Origin: Pseudomonas sp.
GTDB taxonomy: Bacteria; Pseudomonadota; Gammaproteobacteria; Pseudomonadales; Pseudomonadaceae
Reading direction: 5' to 3'
DNA length: 32,000 nt
Assembly: GCA_035306625.1 (NCBI GenBank)
Contig: DATGNS010000259.1
Coordinates: 1 to 32,000, forward strand
Shown one piece after another: positions 25,703 to 32,000 of the stretch. Every line of letters starts with the position of its first letter. Position 1 is the first letter of the stretch. Under the pieces are notes generated by a model. It was not told the DNA's origin. It searched no databases and worked only from the letters and a program-made list of their open reading frames with translations. The position numbers were made by a program, and so were the translations under genes.

Positions 25703-26548
25703 ATGCGTGAATTTCCTCGCCTTCTGATCGCCGGCTGCGGTGATCTGGGCTGTCGCACCGGCACCACCCTGGCCGCCCGGGGCTGGACCGTACAGGGCCT
25801 GCGACGACAGGTCGCAGCACTGCCGCAGGTCATCCTGCCGCTGGCCGGTGATCTGTCCCGGGCCGATTGCCCCGCCGGCTGGCCCGCCCGGAGCCCGGAC
25901 TACGTGCTGTATGCCGCGGCCGCCAAACGTTCCGACGAGGCGGCGTATCGCGCCGCGTATGTGGACGGCCTGCGCCATGTGCTGGGCTGGCTGGCCGCCC
26001 ATGGGCAGCGCCCCCGACGCCTGCTGTTCGTCTCCAGCACCGCGGTGTACGGCCAGCACCAGGGCGAATGGGTGGACGAGGACTCGGCCTGCGAGCCCCG
26101 GGGCTTCACCGGGCGCATCCTGCTGGAGGCCGAACAGCTGGCACTGCACAGCGGCATTCCCGCCAGCGTGGTGCGCCTGGCCGGGCTGTACGAGGGCGGC
26201 AGCCGCTGGCTGATCGACCAGCTGCGCGCCGGGCAGATGCCGGCGGCCGAGCCGCCGCTGTACAGCAACCGCATCCATCGCGACGACGCCGCCGCGCTGC
26301 TGGCCTGCCTGCTGCAAGCGGATGCCCGCGGGGAAACGCTGGAAGAGATCTACCTGGGCGTGGACGACGAGCCGGCGCCGCTGCATGAGGTGGCACAGTG
26401 GCTGCGCGCGCGGTTCGCCATCGACACGCCGCCCAGCGCGCCGATGCAGCGCCGCGCCGGCAGCAAGCGCTGCAGCAACGCACGGGCGCGCAGCCTGGGC
26501 TGGACGCCGCGTTATCCGAGTTATCGCGAGGGGTATGGGCAACCGTAG
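25703..26548 (+). CDS. NAD(P)-binding SDR / epimerase-dehydratase family protein (281 aa)
   Basis: ORF 25658..26548, with the start at ATG 25703 (MREFPRLLIAGCGDLGCRTGTTLAARGWTV), a Rossmann GxGxxG. It also has LFVSSTAVYG and a YxxxK-type region. The stop TAG lies inside the first REP head. Confidence 0.8.
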   Translation: MREFPRLLIAGCGDLGCRTGTTLAARGWTVQGLRRQVAALPQVILPLAGDLSRADCPAGWPARSPDYVLYAAAAKRSDEAAYRAAYVDGLRHVLGWLAAHGQRPRRLLFVSSTAVYGQHQGEWVDEDSACEPRGFTGRILLEAEQLALHSGIPASVVRLAGLYEGGSRWLIDQLRAGQMPAAEPPLYSNRIHRDDAAALLACLLQADARGETLEEIYLGVDDEPAPLHEVAQWLRARFAIDTPPSAPMQRRAGSKRCSNARARSLGWTPRYPSYREGYGQP

Positions 26549-26712
26549 GGTGGACAGCGTTTTTCCTGTCCACCGAACCGCCGCACGGCGGACAAGAACG
26601 ACGCTGTCCGCCCTACGAATCGGACCGCCATACGGAAATGCAGAGGGACCGGTAGGGTGGTCAACGCTGCGTGTTGGCCACCTGGTGGCCGGAACAACGC
26701 CGACCGCCCTAC
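26545..26712. repeat. Four REP elements (GTAGG head plus palindrome) arranged as two inverted pairs (REPIN-like): 26545-26574 / 26587-26616 and 26652-26682 / 26684-26712
   Basis: Read directly. The units are GTAGGGTGGACAGcgtttttcCTGTCCACC; GGCGGACAagaacgacgcTGTCCGCCCTAC (inverted); GTAGGGTGGTCAACgctgcgtGTTGGCCACC; and GGTGGCCGGaacaacgCCGACCGCCCTAC (inverted). The GTAG head and imperfect palindrome are the hallmark of REPs. Confidence 0.85.
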
Positions 26713-26739
26713 CGACATGCGCCACCAGGCGCCGTGTCG
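26713..26739. other. Bulged 11-bp hairpin (CGACATGCGCC-ACCA-GGCGCCGTGTCG) just downstream of ridA
   Basis: Read directly. It lies 19 nt past the ridA stop on the minus strand, with no clear U-tract on either strand. It may be an end-of-operon structure. Confidence 0.3.
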
Positions 26740-26757
26740 GAAATTGCCGGGTGGTGA

Positions 26758-27138
26758 TCAGCCGATGACCATCACCCCGTCCATTTCCACCAGCGAGCCG
26801 CGCGGCAGGCTGTTGATGCCGATGGCGGCGCGGGCCGGATAGGGCTGCTGGAAGTAGCGGCTCATCACCTCGTTGACGGTGGCGAAGTTGTTCAGGTCGG
26901 TGAGGTAGATGTTCAGCTTGACGATGTCGTTCAGCGTGCCGCCGGCGGCCTCGGCCACCGCCTTGAGGTTCTCGAACACACGCACGGCCTGGGCCTCGAA
27001 GCCCTCGACCAGCTGCATGGTGGCCGGATCCAGGGGGATCTGGCCGGACAGGTAGACGGTGTCGCCGGCCTTGATCGCCTGGGAATAGGTGCCGATGGCG
27101 GCGGGCGCCTTGTCGGTGCTGATGACGGTCTTGCTCAT
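26758..27138 (-). CDS. ridA: RidA/YjgF family reactive enamine/imine deaminase (126 aa)
   Basis: This is the C-terminal part of ORF 26758..27231, starting at ATG 27138 ([38 protein letters not shown]...[26 protein letters not shown]), with SD AGGGAG. Confidence 0.93.
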   Translation of the reverse strand: MSKTVISTDKAPAAIGTYSQAIKAGDTVYLSGQIPLDPATMQLVEGFEAQAVRVFENLKAVAEAAGGTLNDIVKLNIYLTDLNNFATVNEVMSRYFQQPYPARAAIGINSLPRGSLVEMDGVMVIG

Positions 27139-27158
27139 GGTGGGCTCCCTGAAGAGAA

Positions 27159-27181
27159 CGGCCACCGGGGAGCGGTGGCCG
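27159..27181 (-). terminator. Strong stem-loop between spoT and ridA (CGGCCACCG-CTCCC-CGGTGGCCG, then TTCTCTTC): candidate attenuator or processing site
   Basis: Perfect 9-bp GC stem in the 61-nt spacer with a pyrimidine-rich tail. The ridA SD follows immediately. Confidence 0.4.
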
Positions 27182-27199
27182 CGAGGACAAGTAAGCGGG

Positions 27200-29326
27200 T
27201 CAGGCTCGCACGCGGGTGATGCGCGACACACCCATCAGCACGCGCAGCTTCTTGATGACCCGCGCCAGATGCACGCGATCGCGCACGCTGACCACCATCT
27301 GCACCACGCTGAGGCGGCCATCGCGCTCGTCCATGCTGATCTTCTCGATGTTGGCGTCGGCGGCGGTGACGCTGCTGGCCAGCAGGGCGATCAGGCCGCG
27401 CTGGTGTTCCAGCTCGACACGCAGTTCCACGTTGAACTCGCCGCTGACCTCGCGCGACCAGGTGAGCGGCACGCATTTCTCCGGATTGGTGCGGATCTCG
27501 GCGATGTTCCGGCAACCGTCCAGATGCACCACCATGCCCTTGCCGGCCGACAGGTGACCGACGATCGGGTCACCCGGAATCGGCGTGCAGCACTTGGCGT
27601 AGCTGAGCACCAGCCCTTCGGTGCCCTTGATGGCCAGCGGCCCCTCGTTTTCCGGGGTCTGCGCCGCCAGTTCCAGCTCCTCGCTGCCTTCCATCAGCTG
27701 GCGGGCCACCACCAGCGCCATGCGGTTGCCCAGGCCGATGTCTTCGAGCAGATCCTCGAAGTCGTTCAGCTTGTACTCGACCAGCACCGCCTGGATGCGC
27801 TGCGCCGGAATGCGTTCCAGGTCGGTCTCGAAGCTGGCCAGGGCCTTGTTGAGCAGGCGCTGGCCGAGGTTGATGGATTCCGAGCGGCGCTGCTGCTTGA
27901 GGGCGTGGCGGATGTGGGTGCGCGCCTTGCCGGTGACCACGAAGTTGAGCCAGGCGGGATTGGGGCGGGCGCTGGGCGCGGTGACGATCTCCACCGTCTC
28001 GCCGCTCTCCAGCGGCTGCGACAGCGGCGCCAGGCGGCGGTTGATGCGGCAGGCGATGCAGCTGTTGCCCACGTCCGTATGCACGGCATAGGCGAAGTCG
28101 ACCGCCGTGGAGCCGCGCGGCAGCTCCATGATGCGGCCCTTGGGCGTGAACACGTAGACCTCGTCGGGGAACAGGTCGATCTTCACGCTCTCGATGAATT
28201 CCAGGGAATTGCCGGCGCGCTGCTGCAGCTCGAGGATGCCCTTGACCCACTGGCGGGCACGGGCGTGGCTGCTGCGCGGCGATTCCTCGCCATGGGACTT
28301 GTACAGCCAGTGCGCGGCGATGCCGTTGTTGGCCATGTCCTCCATTTCCTGGGTGCGGATCTGGATCTCGATGGGCACCCCGTGCATGCCGAACAGCGTG
28401 GTGTGCAGCGACTGATAGCCGTTGGCCTTGGGAATCGCGATGTAGTCCTTGAAGCGCCCGGGCAGCGGCTTGTACAGGCTGTGCACGGCGCCCAGCACCC
28501 GGTAGCAGGTGTCCACCTTGTCGACCACGATGCGGAAGGCGTACACGTCCATGATCTCGGAAAACGCCTTGCGCTTGCCGCGCATCTTCTTGTAGATGCT
28601 GTACAGGTGTTTCTCGCGGCCGCTGACCTGCCCCACCAGGCCCTCGCGCTCCAGGCAGCTCTGCAGCGACTGCTCGATCTTGGCGACGATTTCCTTGCGG
28701 TTGCCGCGCGCGCCGCGCACCGCCGCGCGGATGCGCTCGCAGCGCATCGGGTGCATGGCGCGGAAGCCCAGGTCCTCGAACTCCACGCGCATGTTGTGCA
28801 TGCCCAGCCGGTTGGCGATGGGCGCGTAGATCTCCAGGGTCTCGCGGGCGATGCGCCGGCTCTTCTCCGGCGGCATGGCGTCCAGGGTGCGCATGTTGTG
28901 CAGGCGGTCGGCCAGCTTGACCAGGATGACGCGGATGTCGCGGGCCATGGCCAGGGCCATCTTCTGGAAGTTCTCGGCCTGCGCCTCGGCCTTGTTCTCG
29001 AACTTCATCTGGGTCAGCTTGCTGACCCCGTCCACCAGCTCGGCCACCGTCTCGCCGAACTGGGCGCTGATGGCTTCCTTGGCGATGCCGGTGTCCTCGA
29101 TCACGTCGTGCAGCATGGCGGCCATCAGGCTCTGATGGTCCATGTGCATGTCGGCGAGGATGTTGGCTACCGCCAGCGGATGGGTGACATAGGCCTCGCC
29201 ACTGCGCCGGCGCTGGCCGTCGTGGGCCTGCTCGGCGTAGTAGTAGGCACGGCGGACCAGATTGACCTGGTCCGCGGCGAGATAGCTTGAGATGCGATCA
29301 GCGAGGGCTTCGACATTACCGGCCAT
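27200..29326 (-). CDS. spoT: Bifunctional (p)ppGpp synthetase/hydrolase SpoT (708 aa)
   Basis: ORF 27200..29377, with the start at ATG 29326 ([16 protein letters not shown]...) after SD AGGAGG. It has an HD domain ([10 protein letters not shown]...HDVIEDT), a RelA/SpoT synthetase domain ([16 protein letters not shown]), then TGS and ACT domains. Confidence 0.97.
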   Translation of the reverse strand: MAGNVEALADRISSYLAADQVNLVRRAYYYAEQAHDGQRRRSGEAYVTHPLAVANILADMHMDHQSLMAAMLHDVIEDTGIAKEAISAQFGETVAELVDGVSKLTQMKFENKAEAQAENFQKMALAMARDIRVILVKLADRLHNMRTLDAMPPEKSRRIARETLEIYAPIANRLGMHNMRVEFEDLGFRAMHPMRCERIRAAVRGARGNRKEIVAKIEQSLQSCLEREGLVGQVSGREKHLYSIYKKMRGKRKAFSEIMDVYAFRIVVDKVDTCYRVLGAVHSLYKPLPGRFKDYIAIPKANGYQSLHTTLFGMHGVPIEIQIRTQEMEDMANNGIAAHWLYKSHGEESPRSSHARARQWVKGILELQQRAGNSLEFIESVKIDLFPDEVYVFTPKGRIMELPRGSTAVDFAYAVHTDVGNSCIACRINRRLAPLSQPLESGETVEIVTAPSARPNPAWLNFVVTGKARTHIRHALKQQRRSESINLGQRLLNKALASFETDLERIPAQRIQAVLVEYKLNDFEDLLEDIGLGNRMALVVARQLMEGSEELELAAQTPENEGPLAIKGTEGLVLSYAKCCTPIPGDPIVGHLSAGKGMVVHLDGCRNIAEIRTNPEKCVPLTWSREVSGEFNVELRVELEHQRGLIALLASSVTAADANIEKISMDERDGRLSVVQMVVSVRDRVHLARVIKKLRVLMGVSRITRVRA

Positions 29327-29392
29327 GGCGGCACCTCCTGCCGTGAGCATACTGCATCGGCAGCGGCAGCGAACCACCTCGCTTGCGCATGA

Positions 29393-29659
29393 TCAGAGGG
29401 CCTCGTCTTTGGCCTCTTCGTCGAAGGCGGCGAAGATCGGCTCTTCCTCGATCAGCTCTTCCTCGGCGATGACGGCTTCGTCCACCAGGCCGCCGGCGAT
29501 CTCGCGCAGGGCCACCACGGTGGGCTTGTCGTTCTCCCAGGCGACCTTCGGTTCCTTGCCGCCGGTGGCCAGCTGACGCGCGCGCTTGGTGGCCAGCATG
29601 ACCAGCTCGAAGCGGTTATCGACGTTTTCCAGGCAGTCTTCAACGGTTACGCGGGCCAT
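29393..29659 (-). CDS. rpoZ: DNA-directed RNA polymerase subunit omega (88 aa)
   Basis: The sequence is [30 protein letters not shown]..., with SD GAGGAA. It lies upstream of spoT. Confidence 0.97.
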   Translation of the reverse strand: MARVTVEDCLENVDNRFELVMLATKRARQLATGGKEPKVAWENDKPTVVALREIAGGLVDEAVIAEEELIEEEPIFAAFDEEAKDEAL

Positions 29660-29768
29660 GGGTGTTCCTCAAAGTGGCATGGGGGGCTTTGCCCAGGCTG
29701 GGCGAGCGGACCCGATAGTCTAAAGAAGCCGCGGGGCCAGCGGCAAGCACCGGCCCGACGGACGCTGG

Positions 29769-31263
<1,495 letters not shown>

Positions 31264-31362
31264 GGGGCGTACCTCTCGGGGTTCGGTTGCGAAAGGGGCG
31301 GAATTGTAGCGCAATGCCGCGGCATCGCCCACGACGGGACTGTCTTCGCTGCGTCAGACACC

Positions 31363-31368
31363 TATAAT
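31363..31368 (+). promoter_or_regulatory. Perfect TATAAT -10 hexamer 34 nt upstream of rph
   Basis: Read directly (CACCTATAATGCC). No good -35 hexamer sits at 17-bp spacing. Confidence 0.35.
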
Positions 31369-31401
31369 GCCGGCTGATTTCATTCCCAGCAGGACGTACC
31401 C

Positions 31402-32000
31402 ATGAAGCGACCCAGCGGCCGCGCCGCCCACGAGCTGCGCGCGATTCGCATCACCCGCCATTACACCAAGCATGCCGAGGGTTCCGTGCTGGTGGAGTTC
31501 GGCGACACCAAGGTCATCTGCACGGTGAGCGTCGAGAGCGGCGTGCCGCGCTTCCTCAAGGGACAGGGCCAGGGCTGGCTGACCGCCGAATACGGCATGC
31601 TGCCGCGCGCCACCGGCGAGCGCACCCAGCGCGAGGCCAGCCGCGGCAAGCAGGGCGGCCGCACTCTGGAAATCCAGCGCCTGATCGGCCGCTCCCTGCG
31701 CGCCGCGCTGGACATGACCAGGCTGGGCGAGAACACCCTGTACGTGGACTGCGACGTGATCCAGGCCGACGGCGGCACCCGCACCGCCTCCATCACCGGC
31801 GCCATGGTGGCGCTGGTGGATGCCCTGGCGGTCATGAAGAAGCGCGGCCAGCTCAAGCAGGACCCGCTCAAGCAGATGGTCGCCGCGGTGTCGGTGGGCA
31901 TCTACCAGGGCGAGCCGGTGCTGGACCTGGACTATCTGGAAGACTCCGCCGCCGAGACCGACCTGAACGTGGTGATGACCGACGCCGGCGGCTTCATCGA
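31402..32000 (+). CDS. rph: Ribonuclease PH (5' ~200 codons; 3' end beyond the window)
   Basis: Not in the ORF track because it is open at the window edge. Manual translation gives [100 protein letters not shown]...[12 protein letters not shown]. Confidence 0.95.
   Translation, partial: MKRPSGRAAHELRAIRITRHYTKHAEGSVLVEFGDTKVICTVSVESGVPRFLKGQGQGWLTAEYGMLPRATGERTQREASRGKQGGRTLEIQRLIGRSLRAALDMTRLGENTLYVDCDVIQADGGTRTASITGAMVALVDALAVMKKRGQLKQDPLKQMVAAVSVGIYQGEPVLDLDYLEDSAAETDLNVVMTDAGGFI

Overview
Visibly GC-rich gammaproteobacterial chromosome. Gene content and order match the conserved Pseudomonas (P. putida-type) core block, read here right to left on the minus strand: rph | yicC-gmk-rpoZ-spoT-ridA | SDR | exbB-exbD-tonB-oxyR-recG-HDOD | (hupN, rubredoxin reductase, rubredoxin on the plus strand) | ubiC-ubiA | phoB-phoR-CNNM | ligB | yccS, yciA | pstS-pstC-pstA-pstB. 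I call 31 tightly packed CDSs, two of them absent from the ORF track: pstB, open at the window edge, and a 55-aa rubredoxin. I also call three Pho boxes with correctly spaced -10 hexamers, a cluster of four REP elements forming two REPIN-like pairs, several intercistronic or terminator hairpins, and a candidate Fur site. I saw no tRNA, rRNA, CRISPR, IS, integrase, phage, toxin-antitoxin or defence-type genes, and no obvious compositional island. Honest assessment: this is ordinary, syntenic core genome, and I do not find a convincing undescribed multi-gene system. The most interesting leads are at domain or regulatory level: (1) the large uncharacterised periplasmic inserts in PstC (propeller-like) and PstA (coiled coil); (2) an internal Pho box and attenuator between pstS and pstC; (3) a YbaK-like/HDOD fusion protein; (4) a LigB with a signal-peptide-like N-terminus next to a proline-rich lipoprotein; (5) ARN/CA (Hfq/Crc-type) motifs at two translation-initiation regions; (6) a REP head that supplies a stop codon. 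The many long ORFs antisense to these genes are GC-rich shadow ORFs and were rejected.
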